In this document: in pieces, positions 36,155-50,619 of the stretch
Layout: each line of letters opens with the position of its first letter
Position numbering within the stretch: the first letter of the stretch is position 1
Assembly (NCBI GenBank): GCA_964016885.1
Contig: OZ024740.1
Span: 50,778,001 to 50,842,000 of the forward strand
Reading direction: 5' to 3'
Length of the DNA: 64,000 nt
Origin: Eledone cirrhosa
Taxonomy: Eukaryota
Program-made: the position numbers and the translations under genes
The notes under the pieces: generated by a model
The model's input: the letters and a program-made list of their open reading frames with translations, nothing else
Database searches by the model: none
What the model was told of the DNA's origin: nothing

Positions 36155-39005
36155 CTGAAAGGAAGAGCAGGAGAAATCGTAGAGATGCTAGAGCAAAAGG
36201 AAATTGATGTATGCTGCGTGCAAGAGACTAGATGGAGAGGAGAGTCTGCAAGAGTTCTTGTAGGAAAAAAATTTTTCTGGGTGGGAAATGACGATGGGAT
36301 GGGTGATGTAGGTATACTAGCTGACAAGTGGGTAGATAAGGTAATCTCAGTGAACAGGGTGAATGCAAGAATCATTAAACTCAGACTAGTCCTGAATAAA
36401 ACAATTACCACAATAATATCAGCTTACGCACCCCAATCGGGGTTGCCAGACGAACTTAAGGATAAGTTTTACGAGTCCCTAATGCACACTACTGATCTAA
36501 CAAACAACAATGACTTCCTAATCATTGCAGGAGATTTTAACGAACACGTAGGTAAACACCGTGACGGCTTCTATAGAGTCCATGGTGGCGATGGGGTTGG
36601 CACAAGAAATGAAGAAGGATTCAGGCTTCTAGAATTCTGTGACGCCAATGACATGTTGATATGTAACACAAGCTTCAAAAAACCCGACAAACATCTGATC
36701 ACCTATAGATCAGGGGAGCATTCTAGTCAGATAGATTTTATCCTCATCAGAGGACGTGACAGATGGACGGTCATAAACACAAAAGCCTTCCCTAGTGAGG
36801 AATGTACCTCCCAACATAGCTTAGTTGTCAGCGACCTCACGGTCAGAACTAGACGAACCTGGAAACAGAAGCCAACCCGGAGAAGAAAGATCTGGAAGCT
36901 GAAAGACCCCTCAGCCAGTTACAGATTTAAAGATATTTTACTCAACGTCTATGACTGTAAAGAAGAACAGATAGAGACATTCAATGTAGAAGAACACTGG
37001 GAGTTCCTAAAAAATAACCTACTAAAGGCGACAGATGAGATCTGTGGCTGGAGTAAGACCACAGGCAGGAGGAAAGTGACTTGGTGGTGGAACAATAAGA
37101 TAGATGAGGCAGTTAAGGCCAAGAGACAGGCATGGAAAGAATGGAAGAACGGGGGAAGCAGGGTACATTACATAGAGACCAGGAGGGAAGCTAGGCGACA
37201 AGTATACTTAGCTAGGAGGGAAGCAGAGGATAGAAAATTCAAGCATGTTTTGCAACATGAGGACCAGAAACAGGAGGTGTTCAAGATTGCGAGGCAGTGT
37301 GTCAGAGAGAATTATGATGTCATTGGAGAGAAGTGTATCTGGAATGATAAAGGTGAGCTTGCCCTCACAAGTGCTGAGAAGAAAGATGCGTGGAAGAGCC
37401 ATTATGATAGATTACTAAATGAGGAGAATGCATGGGAAGAAGAGACCCTACCCCAAGTAGACCCTATAGAGGGGCCAGCAGTACAAGTCAGCAGCAGCGT
37501 AGTAAGTAAGGCAATTAAAGATATGAAGACGAGGAAGGCAACCGGTCCATCGGGTATAGCTGCCGAGATGCTGAAGGCATCTGGGTTGGTAGGTCACACC
37601 ATAACCACACGTATTGTTAACCAGGTAATACTAGAAGGTGTCATACCAAAGGATTGGTGCAGTAGCATCATTGTCAACTGCTACAAAGAGCACTAGATAG
37701 AGGAAACTATAGAGGTACAAAGCTGATGGACCAGGTCATGAAAGTAACAGAAAGAGTTATAGCACAGTTGATTAGGGACTGGGTGAAACTAGATGAGATG
37801 CAATTTTGGTTTGTGCCAGGAAGAGGCACCACTGATGCCCTCTTCCTTGTGAGGCAGTTACAGGAAAAGTACTTAGCTAAAAGTAAGCCACTCTACCTGG
37901 CATTCGTCGATCTCGAGAAAGCCTTTGACAGAGTTCCCTGTGCTATAATCTGGTGGGCTCTTAGAAAACTAGGAGTAGATGAATGGCTTGTGAAAGCTGT
38001 ACAAGCCATGTATAGGGGAGCAGTCAGCAAAGTTAGGATTAGCAATGACTAAAGCGAGGAATTTAGCGTACAGGTCGGTGTCCACCAGGGCTCTGTTCTT
38101 AGCCCTCTCCTGTTCATCATAGTCCTGCAAGCAATAACGGAGGAGTTTAAGACCGGATGCCCATGGGAACTCCTGTATGCAGATGACCTCGCACTTATAG
38201 CTGAATCTATGGTAGAACTAGCGAAGAAATTCCAAACTTAGAAGCAGGGACTAGAAACAAAGGGTCTCAAAGTCAACCTGACAAAGACTAAGGTCCTTGT
38301 AAGTAGACGAGAAAACAGAACCCAGATCCCCTCAAGGAAATGGCCTTGCTCAGTATATAGGAAAGGTGTAGGTAGGAACTCCATTCTCTGCCCCAAATGC
38401 AAACAATGGGTACACAAGAGATGTAGCGGGATCTCAGGAAGCTTAATTAAGAATGTAGGCTTCACATGTAGCAGCTGTGCTGGGACAGCAAGCAGCAAAC
38501 AACCACAGGAAACAAGTACTACCAAACTCTGGGAGGGCTCTGTAGAAACAGTAGACAGCTTCTGCTACCTAGGTGATCGAATTAGCAGCGGAGGTGGGTG
38601 TTCAGAAAGTACAATAACTAGGGTAAGAACGGGATGGAAGAAGTTCAGGGAGCTACTGCAAAAGGCTTTTCCCTCAAAATGAAAGGCAGACTGTATGATG
38701 CGTGTATACGAACAGCAATGTTACATCGTAGTGAGACCTGGGCACTGTCTGTAGAAGACTTGCGTAGATTAGAAAGAAACGAAGCCTGCATGCCCCGATG
38801 GATGTGTAATAGTAATATACGCGAACGGCAAAGCATACGCGAATTGAGAGAGAGAATGAGCATAAGAGGAATCAAATGCTGTGTGCAGGAGAGGCGGTTG
38901 TATGAGCAAGACACGGCCAGCCGACCAGACACTGCCCACAACAGAACAACCCGTCTAATCCATGCTAGCGTGGAAGAATGGACATAAAACGGTGATGATG
39001 ATGAT
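36155..39005 (+). mobile_element. Near full-length RTE LINE (APE, RT, PHD), pseudogenised
   Basis: CCVQETRW, GDFNEHVG, IDFIL, WWWN, RT motifs with stops and frameshifts, tail. Confidence 0.93.
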
Positions 39006-39534
39006 CTGTTTATCTATCTCGCTCTCTTATACATACATACACACATGCATATGCACATATGTATGTATATATATATATATATATATATATGAATGTAATT
39101 AAATCATCCCAGACTAAAATAGCTATTTAAGCCACCATACACTTTCAATCTTACTGAATTCCTCACTTACTCTCTCCATTTGGCTGTAGGAGTGATGATC
39201 ATGGAGGCACTGTTACAACCAAGCATGCGACCACAGGTTGGTAAAACATCATCTCAGCATTCACTCTGTAATATATCTCTCGATATGGAGTTGGTGTAGT
39301 TTTACATGATTGGTGGATATATACTACAGGGATAATATGCCCCACTTTATGTGATAAGCCCAGTTATGTGGGCAGTGAGTATGAGAGAAGGTAGGTAGGA
39401 ATGATTCAGATATTAAGGGAGGAAAAGTCAATGGTATGAGGGCTGGCAAACTAAGGTGGGGGAAGACAGATGGGGTGGGTCAAGAGGAAGGGGTGTATTG
39501 CCAGGGATACCTAAAAATTGCTATTTCTCTCAGC

Positions 39535-40075
39535 CTCTACATTATCATCCTTCCCATGCATGGCAACTTGATCCTGTGTCATCTATTTCATGAGGTTCAG
39601 CTTTTTGAGGTCAACCTTCACTATGTTGTCTCATGTTAACCAAGGTTTTTCTTTTTCATCGACTTTGAGTGTTGTGCACTTTTTATGCAGCTACCATCCT
39701 CCAGATACATCACATTCCCATACCAAGGCACTCTTCTTTCTCATAAACTGTATCCAAGCGCCTATAATTTCCAGTTTTCTTTCAGCTCATTAATGCTTTG
39801 TCATTCATGTATACTGCTGTTACACATCCAGCAGGACATGGTCACCTTTTTTCATTCCAATTTTCATAAACCAGGCCCAGATCTCACTTCCATGCAACAT
39901 TATAGTTCACACAGAGAAAAATACCCTTAGTAGACAACAAAGGTAGTTCCCTGAAATTTTTCCATTGGTTTTCACTTTAGCTACTGTACTTTCAGAACAT
40001 CCATCTCTACTGCTAATTTGGTCACCTAAGTAACAGAAACTGTTAACTATCTAGGGAACCATCTTAGCATTTGAT
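39535..40075 (-). mobile_element. Old RTE 3' fragment
   Basis: FCYLGDQIS..SESTVAKVK and MLHGSE remnants. Confidence 0.7.
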
Positions 40076-40994
40076 AAATCCTGATGGATGTTCCTGGTTT
40101 TTAGCAAAGCAGATAAGTCTTTGTTTATTTATGTCTTATAAATAAACAAAGTTTTTACATCATTAGATATAGTATATTACCAGTCAATGCAATCCTTTGC
40201 CACTTATTCTCATTACAATGTGTTACACATAATCTTGCACTATTTTAGCATTTGACTGAGCTAATCTTGATTTGGTCTCCCTGTCATTGGAATCTCATTT
40301 GCAGTACAGAGTTAAAAACTGCCATAGGAAGCAGAGTGTAAGACATGCAAACAAAGTATTCTGTCAAATTCAGCTGTGATTTGCTTCTAATAAGATCTTT
40401 TCATTGGTCACAGTGTTCTGCTAGTATTGCCACACATATACATGCATATAAACACATGTGAATGCCTGCACACACACACATGTGCATACACACACACATG
40501 TGCATACACACACATGTGCATACACACACACATGTGCATACACACACATGTGCATACACACACACATGTGCATACACACACATGTGCATACACACGCATG
40601 TGCATACACACACACATGTGCATACACATACGCATGCACACACACACACAATCTGCTCCCAAATAGAGAGATGTGACAAGGAATTTGAAATATAGGTTTA
40701 ATTTTTTTTTAAAAATATTTTTCCATAATGGTATTATTGTTTTTGATTTTGTTTAGAATTTTTGACAGTGATAAATTGAAAAACAAACAAGGTTCGCTGT
40801 TTGTTTGGTTGTTGAATAAACACAAAAAACAAAAAGTAGAATACCCCAAACCATCAAAAGATACTAAATAAGGAAAAGGTCAAAACCAACCATCCAATTT
40901 TGTGGAAAAGTCAAACTGTTTATAATAGGAATTACTCTACATATTTGACATAATTATTTTTTTTCCTATTTATGTATATATTTATGTATTTCTT

Positions 40995-41260
40995 ATTTAT
41001 GTATGTATTTTACTATACCTATTTGATGACTCAAACTTATAAAAAGATTAAATAAATAGGAAAAAATAATTGTTTCTACTTTTGGCACAAGGCCAGCAAT
41101 TATTCCAGTGCATTACTGGTGCTTATTTTATCGACCCCGTAAAATAAAGCACCAGTAATGCATTGGGTAATTGCTGGCCTTGTGCCAAAAGTAGAAACAA
41201 TTATTTTTTCCTATTTATTTAATCTTTATCAAATAGATATAGTCAAATACATACATATAC
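40995..41260. repeat. Fold-back palindrome made from a SINE 3' end plus its flank
   Basis: 41043-41129 is the reverse complement of 41139-41228 around the loop tcgaccccg; the match extends into the flank. Confidence 0.8.
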
Positions 41261-41639
41261 AAATAGTTGTATATGTAAATTATACATTTATACATACTTG
41301 TAGGTATTTATCAGCACTGCTCACAAACATGAAATACATAGAGAATAAAAAGTATACATGAAAACTTACTCACACATAAACACACATACACACTTCACTT
41401 ACTTATCCCATTCTACAATACATATGTACATATGAATATGTATGTATGTATGTAAGTATGTATGTATGTATGTATGTATGTATGTATGTATGTATGTATG
41501 TATGTATGTGTGTGTGTATGTAAGTATGTGTGTGCGCGTGTATGTGCATGCATGCATGTGTGCATGTGTGCGTGCTTGTGTGTGTATGCATGCATGCATG
41601 TATGTGTGTGTGTGTGCATGCATATATGTATGTATCTAT

Positions 41640-44488
41640 GTTCTCTCTTTCTTTTAATTTTGTGTTTATTTTTCACTGGCCACCTTCCCGGTGGCAAGGT
41701 TGCAAAAAAAAAGAAATTATCATTATCTCTTGTGTTAACGTTCACCCTTTTAATCATAAGTCTGTTTTACAAATTTTGAATGTTCCAGATATCGCAGCCT
41801 GTTGTAGCTTATGAATTAAGGAACAATGTTTTTTTTTCTCTGCAAATCCAAATTCAGTTATATTTTGGTCTAGGTGGGTTGGTGTATAATCTGTGGCTCC
41901 AATAATAAATATGAACCTGAACATATATCTGGGATATTGGATCTGCAAACTCTTCATCAATGGTCAACAAATACCCTCATTCTCTTGCATTTTTCTTACC
42001 ACATTGACATCAAGTGGGCAGCTAACTTCTACAACAGAGCATGTTTTAATGTGTGGTTTCAAACAACAATATCAGGCCACTTTTGCTTTAATTTGGTGGG
42101 AGTCTTTATTTTTAGGTTCCACCAATACAATATTCCTTTGAGCAATCAGTGTCAACGTATTCCTCCCTATTTGATTTGATTTTCATCTGTAATGCACTCC
42201 AAATCATCCTAGCTCTCACATCATGCCTTATGGGGAGGTAGTAACGAGAAGACATTCTTCCACAGTTGGCAATAATGTGGCTAACATCTTCCATCTTTGT
42301 TTTGCACAGCCTACATTTATTATCGACTGATGACCTTCCTCTTTTGTACAGTAGGAACTTAGTGGGGGTTCTTGTTCCAAGATTACATGGAGATATCCTT
42401 CAAAGTGGGATGTTATGAACTTGTTGGAACTCCATGTTAGGCTTTTAGTATGGATTATCTCTGCTATATTCTGTGTTTTTCATCTCAAGTACCCATGATT
42501 GAGTAGAATCTTCCAATATTCCTGGGAGGGGGATTTATATTAAATTTTATTTTATGTGTTTCTTCTAGATCAGTGGCTATCCTAACAATATTATTATTTT
42601 CATGCTCATAAACCTGGGCAAAATGACTACTGACTTACTTTTTCTGTAGAAGATGCTGCTTCAGTGTTATTATCCAGATCTCATATGATGTTAATATGGA
42701 TTTTAGGTCCTGGCCACCCTGAAAGATATTTTTTTGATAGTATATGCTGTCAGACTCACTTACTGCTTGTCACTGCTAAGGAGCAAAGTGGTGTACCAAG
42801 TTTTGATCAGGCATTTGATAGCAGCTACTAATGGTTGTGTAACTTTGGTTAACTGTAAAGCCTTAATAATCCACCCATATGGTATACTATCAAAAGCCTT
42901 CTGGTAGTCCAACCACACTACTATCAAGTTCCTGCAATTCTTTACTGTTTTTTCTTGGATTATTTTGTTAATAGCTGCTCTATACAGCCCAACACCTCCC
43001 TCTTTCCCCAGCTTGCTCAGGTGTTATAATGTTGTTGGTGGCAGAATGATCCTGTAAAAATAGATTGAGGTATCCAGTGTATAATTATAACATGATGTTT
43101 TGACATGTTATTGGGCGGTAATATTTTGCAAGGGACGTTTGGCTATTTTTGGAGATGAGGAGAGCAGGGGCAGTTGATAACCATTGGGGCAGCTCTTGTG
43201 TAACCTTGATACTTTCTCCATACAACCATTTTTTTTAGGTATTCCTTATGTTATGTGAAATTGTTCTCTGTGTTACATTTCATAACTACAACAATCTGTG
43301 AGATAATTCTTCTCAAGAACAAAATTTTATTTTTTAAGTTACATACTCATGCTGGTTCAGGCTTTCTGCTTGTATCTCGATTGCAGGGCTTCAGCTGTTT
43401 GTGATATGATAGCAATGTGATAGCTGAGACATATATCAAAAGGTTAATGGTTTTGTATGTTGCTTTCATTACTCTGAACTGTGTGATCTGATAATTGTTG
43501 ACTATTTCATTTACTGCCTCCATTTCTACTTTACTGGGTTCTTTACTCATTCTGATGTTGTATGGTCTGTCATTCAAATTAAGGTTGTGGACCTGTTGAA
43601 ACATATCATCTCAGATCACTTGTAAGGTGTCCGCAAGTTTTTGCTGTTCTATTTGCAGAGATATGGATTTCAGCAAAATTGTTAGTGTGTTACTGTTAGA
43701 TTTAGCTGACCATTCGGTGGAAGTGGGATGATTATTTTCAATGACTGGTTTTGTAGTACCAGCCTGCTTTGAATCAGACAGTTCTGTTAAATGTATCAGT
43801 TTACATTTAATGATGTGTTTTGTCTGTTCATTTAAAAGTTTTGTGGACAAATCTAATTCTAGGTGTTTGGAGTTTCACAAATTGTTTAGCCTTGCATAAA
43901 ACCAAACTTTTTTAGGTCAGATTATATAAATCTTCATATAAATCTTTGTTAAGATTGGAGCTCGATTGTACACAATGTTTGTAGTCATGATTTGGTTGAA
44001 GGAGACTTATACATTTAGCCATGATGGTTTTGTTTATTCCCTGATATTTGTATTTATTTTTCAAAATAGATGGTCTTCTTTAAAATAGATAGGTCTTCTT
44101 TAAAAGTTTCACCAAAGTTTTGTCAGAATTAAATTTAAATTTAAAGTTTTTCATGGATTGAATAATCTTTCCTTTTAAATTGTTTTAAATTTTACAATTG
44201 TATCTAAACATTCATATTTAGCATTTTTTATGTGAATTGTTTTGAAAGGTTACTTGGATTATTTATGTCTGTAATGTTACCATGCAATGTTTATATAAAC
44301 ATGTTAAAATGTATGTAACATTTATATAGATATGTTACAGTATATGTCATGTTTAAACACTTATCTAGAAATATTTGTATGTAATCTTACCACATTCTAG
44401 ACCTCAACTTTTCCAATATATGGTATGTTGCCTTCATATAAGCAGTAATTGCATACGTCCGAGTATCGGACTGACCACAGCGGTCACC
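41640..44488 (-). mobile_element. Decayed, near full-length Dong/R4-type RLE LINE
   Basis: VWLDYQKAFDSIP, CRLCKTKMEDVSHIIANC..RHD, PDIVV..VVEVSCPLD, FIIIGA; flanked by (ATAC)n-rich DNA. Confidence 0.75.
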
Positions 44489-44849
44489 AATTTATGTATG
44501 TATGTATGCATGTATGTATGCATGTATGTATGTATATATATACATCACTCAGTCAAACGACCAGATTTAAACGACCAGATTTCAACCCCAACATCTACAA
44601 CAACAACACCGGCACTAATGTTTTCAGCAACAACAGCTTCAGAATGAATTGAAATGAACATTTACAACAACAACAATAGCGGCATCAAAAGATAAAAAAA
44701 AAACAAAAAAAAAAACACAAACAAACAAAAAAAATCAAAATAACAAAACACACACACACACGCACACAACACAACAACAACATCAACTGCCACCACCGCC
44801 ACCACCGCCGCCATCACCATCACCAGCGACCGGGCCTTAAGAAAACAAC

Positions 44850-45005
44850 TTTAATAATAATTTTTATGCTTTTGGCACGGATCCAGCGACTGGCCCAGCG
44901 CATCACTGGTACTCTCTTTTGTTGACTCCGTGGGATGAAAGGCAAGGTTGACCTCGGTGGGATTTAAGCTCAGAGCGTGGAGAGCCATAACTCTATGCTG
45001 TAAAG
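44850..45005 (-). mobile_element. SINE family 2 (core tttgcctttcatcc..gtcgataaaataaagtaccag); other copies at about 47755, 50465, 54068, 58681 and 63195
   Basis: Shared core after a B-box-like gttcaaatcc; resembles Meta/MESC-type SINE domains (recalled, not checked). Confidence 0.65.
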
Positions 45006-45284
45006 CAATTATAATAATACTGGACTGTAATACGATCGGCTTCAACTATGAAAGTCAACAGTTGACATAATCTTGTAATCTTGTATCAGTAGTAATGACG
45101 GTAATATATATATATATGTGTGTGTGTGTGTGTAAGTGAGTAGCGTGTGTGTGTTTGTTTGTATGTATGAGTGTTGCTATGTGCGCACGTATGTATGCGT
45201 GTGTGTGCGCGTGTGTGTATGTCGTACGTATAAGTGTCAATAAGTGAGTTTTTTTTTTTTTGGCACGAGGACATAGAAATAATC

Positions 45285-47441
45285 GGGCTGGATGCCCGAT
45301 CATGCAGTTAAACCACTGGGAGTGAAGAACCCCTAGCCCTTGTCAGGGCATTCTTCTAGGAGAAGGCATCTCAGGAAACTGGGTTAACTCCGACATAAAA
45401 CCTGCGGCTCAGTAGTTACCGATGATGTTGATCTTTTCTTCTTTTCGGGTTATAGCTACTGTCGCTCAGAGAGTGGGATTGGCTCAGTGCACAGTCTTTC
45501 CTCACTTTAAAAATATTCGTAACGCACAGGCATTGCACGTGTGCATTAATAATTATTAATAGTGTACTATTATTATTATTATTATTATTACTATTATTAT
45601 TACTTTTTTTTTTTCCAATTCAATGATGTTCCAGAACAATATAAAAGAGATAATTGGCAATTTAGGTTCTGGAACAAAAAAGATAATTGGCAATAAGGGC
45701 AGGGGCCCCAGGTTATCACAGCCTGGGCCCGCTCGTCATCATGCCATTGTAATAGAGCCAAACAAGGCAATTAGTCTTGGCTGCTGGAACGTACGGACGC
45801 TGCTTGACAGGGATTCCTTGGAGCATCCTGAACGAAGGACCGCTCTTGTTGCAAAGGAGCTTTGACGTTACGATCTTGACATCGTGGCTTTATCTGAGAC
45901 GAGGTTAGCTGGAGATGGTCATCTTACAGAATTTTGTGGAGAATATACATTCTTCTGGAAAGGAAGAGATGAAGGAACCAGAAGAGAGGCTGGGGTAGGA
46001 TTTGCTGTTAAGACTGTTCTTGTGAATAAATTAGAAGAATTCCCAGTAGGGATTAGTGAGCGTCTTATGTCCATGAGAATTCCGCTGGACAAAGGAAGAT
46101 ATGCGACCCTGGTGAGTGTGTATGCTCCAACTATGAATTCTGTCGATGAAGAAAAAGTGTCCTTTTACCATGCCTTGAAAGGTGTTTTAAGAAATATCCC
46201 TCAGGCAGACAAAGTCATCGTGCTTGGTGACTTTAATGCTAGAGTGGGTAGGGATTTTAACACATGGAATGTAATCGGAAGGCATGGGGTGGGAAAGTGT
46301 AACAACAATGGTATGCTCCTGCTGCAGATGTGTGAGGAGCTGGATCTGTGTGTTACCAACACCATGTTCCAACAAAAGAACAAATTCAAGACCACATGGA
46401 TGCATCCTGCATCTAAGGAATGGCATCTTTTGGACTACGTCCTAGTCAGGATGCGTGACAGACAGGATGTGCAGTGTGTTCGTGCTCTTCGTGGAGCTGA
46501 GTGCTGGACGGACCACCGCCTGGTACGCACAAAAGTGAAACTAATCACTAAACATAAAATCCGGGCTCCTGGTGTTGCCCTGCCCAAAAGATTGAATGCT
46601 GCTCGTCTTAAGGATAAAAATGTGAAGAGGACATTGGAAGAAGAGATGCAGGCTGCAGATCTTGGTGAGGATTGGCCGACCCTTAAAAAGTCGGTTTATG
46701 ATGTAGGCAGGCGTGTTCTGGGATTGGTGCAGAGAAAACATCAGGACTGGTTTAATGAGAATGATGTACATATAGAAGACTTGTTGGCTGATAAGAGGCA
46801 TGCTCTGTCACGCTACTTGACGGCAAAACCACAGGAGAGGAATACATTGCATGAGGAACTCAGGGATGTAAAATCACGTGTTAGGCGGAGTCTTTCTCAG
46901 ATGAAGGATCAGTGGTGGAGTGAGAAGGCTGGTGAGATACAAACTGTGTCAGATTCCAATAACACAAAGCTGTTGTACAGTCTCTTGCGTGAGGTTTATG
47001 GACCGTCTTCTTCTCTGGTGACACCGCTTCGCAGCAAGGATGGCAAAGAACTTCTTCGTGACTCACAAGGAATTCTACGAAGGTGGCGAGAGCACTTTGA
47101 TGATCTTTTGAATCAGCCGTCTGTCGTCAGTGAAGATTTCCTCAATCTCATTCCAGAAAGTCCTGTGAAAGTAGCTCTCGCAGAACCTCCGACGCTTGTG
47201 GAGGTTGCAGTGGCTATCTCAAAGCTGAACAGTGGAAGGTCTCCAGGTATGGATGGTATACATGCTGAGCTCCTACAATATGGTGGTGAGAGACTCCTGC
47301 AACATCTTCACTCTTTGTTTGGCAGGATATGGGCTAATGAATCCGTACCTGAAGACTGAAGAGATGCAGTAATGGTGGTCTTGTACAAGGGAAAGGGTAA
47401 CAGGAATGATTGTGGGAACTACAGAGGTATATCATTGCTTT
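45285..47441 (+). mobile_element. BovB-like RTE LINE 5' portion (5'UTR, APE), 3'-truncated
   Basis: LGCWNVRTLLD..RRTALVAKEL*..ALSETRL..GDFNARVG..WHLLDYVL..CWTDHRL..NYRGISLL. Confidence 0.9.
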
Positions 47442-48486
47442 CATGTATGTATGTATGTATGAATGTATTTATGCATATATGTATGAACGTATGTATGCAT
47501 GTATGTATGTAAGTGTATATTTATATGTATGTATTTATGCATATATGTATGAATGTATGTATGTATGCATGTATGTAAGTCTGTCTGTCTGTCTGTATGT
47601 ATGTATGTAGAGAGGTTGTTGCACCGATGGTACACTCTCTCAACCCTTTTTGACATACTTTCTATGGCTGGATGCCCTTCCTATCATAAATCTACATACA
47701 GACTGTATTGGGTCCATTTTATAGTGGCACCAGCACTGCACTGCATCTGATAAGGCAACACATTGGCTAAATCATTAGAGCATCAACTAATATGCCTTGC
47801 AGTATTTGTTCTAGCTCTATGCACTCTAAGTTCAAATCCCACCTAGGTCAACTTTGTGATTCATCTTTTGAATGTTGATAAATGAATCACAAGGCTAAGG
47901 CCATGGATTGGCAGAATTGTTAGAATCTCTGTTCCAACTGTTTGCATTCTGAGTTCAAAATTCATTTCCTATTATTGGCTTTCTAAATATGTGGAAACAA
48001 GGTTTTCTGAACCCAAGTAATGGGACTAGGCCTCTAATGTCAGATGAACTAATATGTTGACTGGAACAACATTTCTGCTATATCAATATGCATGAATGCA
48101 TAAAAATTAGCAGTTTCTGCTCTAGAAGTAGGATAAATGCAAGGAAAGAAAAAAGAATGTCTTTATATTTGGTGATTTGTCAGTTGCTTGACTTCTTGAA
48201 ATAAGAGTTACACTAGAATTGTGTAATGTTTACAGGTCTAGTGTGATGACATATGCACACATATATAAATACATGCAAGCAGATAAGAAAATATATAAAC
48301 ACATACAGATACATCTAAATATGCATATACACTTATAGACTTATTGTATTTGTTTATTTCCTGAATTTAGCAGACAATCTGAAGTTAGCAGCCATTGGAA
48401 CTGAAACAACATAATTATAGCAGGGAAAGCAGCCATTAAATAATGATATATGTGTGTGAGTGTGTGTGTGTGTGCATGTATGCGTA

Positions 48487-48522
<36 letters not shown>

Positions 48523-48749
48523 CATAAATTATTAATACAGATTAAAGTTTAAGCAAAGAATTTCTGTTTTCACTCTATTATGTAAATTCTTTGCTTAAAC
48601 TTCAATAATACTAAATATTTGCTCTACGGGTTTATATATACTTATATATATATATATATATATATACAATCCTTATCGAGTCCCCTCTTTGGATTTTGGA
48701 ATTCATAATTATTATTACTAAATATATATATATATATATATATATGATC

Positions 48750-49110
48750 ATCATCATCATCGTTTAACGTCTATCTTCCATGCTAGCATGGGTTTATATA
48801 GTGAAGCACCCAGCCCACACTGTAAAGGTGGTGGTGATGGTGACAGAGTAAAAAGCACCCAGCCCACACTGTAAAGTGGTCGTGCTGGTGACACAACAAA
48901 AAGCACCCTGTCCACACTGCAAAGTGTTTGTGTTGGTGATACAACAAAAAGCACCCAGCACTCACTGTAAATGAGGTTGGTGTTAGGAAGGGCATCAAGC
49001 TGTAGAACCAAGCCAAAATCAGTTCTGTATGAGCAAGACATGCCCACAACAGACAATTTGTCTAACCTATGCTAACGTGGAAAAATTGACGTAAAACAGT
49101 GATGATAATG

Positions 49111-49112
<2 letters not shown>
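48750..49112. mobile_element. RTE/SINE tail pieces in opposite orientations, with tandem 3'UTR stem-loop units
   Basis: aaagcacccagcccacactgtaaagtgg units repeated four times. Confidence 0.7.
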
Positions 49113-49190
<78 letters not shown>

Positions 49191-49829
49191 GATGGCTGTA
49201 GATTCTGTTAAGAGTATTGCAATTGCTTGTAACAGATCCTGAACAAGCAATGCCTGTACTTTGAAGGTTTTTATAAGTGGGGAAAGGCCTTGCATTCGAC
49301 CAATCCCACTCTCTGGGCATCGGAAACACTACCCGAAAAGGAGAACTTGTCAATATCATCGGATGCTTCCGAAGCTGCAGGTTTTTTTTCAAAGTTTCCC
49401 TCTCTTAGAAAGGTGTTGTGACAACAACTGGGGGCCTTTCAGTCCCAGGTGAAAAAAAAAAAAAGTACTATCTGAATGGCCATTGACTCTGTTGAGTTCC
49501 TCCACCCTTTGCTGGGTTCTGTATTTTATCCCGCAGGGTGTCCAAATATCACCCTCCTCACCAAGCAAGCTTGGTGGGGTTGCCGATTTAGTCACTGGCG
49601 ACCCAACCATGAAACAGGTGGAACTAGGTTATATATATATATATATATACGCACATACATATATATGTATATATATATGTGTATATGTATATATATATGT
49701 ATATATATATGTATATATATATGTGTATATATATGTATATATATATGTATATATATGTGTGTATATATGTATATATATATGTATATATATATGTATATAT
49801 ATATGTATATATATATGTGTATATCTTAG

Positions 49830-50200
49830 TTGTCCTTGATGGTAAATACCACTTTGCCCTTTTTACCAACAAGAGACCCAACCTCATTTTGTGATCCAAG
49901 GAAAGGAAGGTGTTAAAGATGGTGTAGCTTACTGAGTCTTGGGAGGTGAACATCAATGAAACATTCAACAGAGAGGCTAGGAACTACAGTGAGCTGAAAC
50001 CACTGAGTCTTACCTTGTCAAGGAAAGACTCAGTGGATTTGTTGGAGCAAGGGTTGATTTACTCCACAGCGGCCTTGGGCTGGCAGCTGAGGAAAGGAAA
50101 TACCTTTTGAGGCCATTAACAGAGGCAGCTGAGAAAGTGAGTTACTACATTTGGCTCAATAGAGAGGATGAATGGTGAGTCTGACACATATGGAGATGTC
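49830..50200 (+). mobile_element. Hero-like RLE LINE 3' remnant
   Basis: [40 protein letters not shown]. Confidence 0.6.
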
Positions 50201-50619
50201 TTGCATGAAGTCATAACACCAGACTCATTGCATTTCCTGCTGTTCTGACATGTTGAGTGGATGGAGTCACAGCATCAGACTTGTCTAAGATTGTGCAGTT
50301 GTGCAAGAGTTTCATCATCCACATTGGTGGGTAGCTGTGAGTAACTCTGGTGTTGTGGTGGATGGGGCCAAAACACCTACAGACTTACTTCACTGCCTGA
50401 TGAGTATCAGCTCCTGCATTCTGAGACATAGTACAGCTGCACCCTCAGCACAGAGCTGTGTTTACCAATTCAAATCACGCCAAGGTTAGCTTTGCCTTTC
50501 ATGCTTATGGAGTTGATAAAATAAAGTACCAGTAATGCACTGCGGTCGATTTAATTGACTTTCCCCATCCCTCAAAATTGCTGGCCTTGTGCCTAAAGTA
50601 GAAACAATTATATGTATCA

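Noticed and set aside
36098-36155. N-terminus of the 532-aa ORF (MQAGKSGRKKK)
   Set aside because: It derives from the upstream SINE tail being in frame by chance; it is not the RTE start.
40401-41814. Many ORFs rich in C/V/M/Y/H/T (also about 7500, 16400, 49500 and 51550)
   Set aside because: They are translations of microsatellites.
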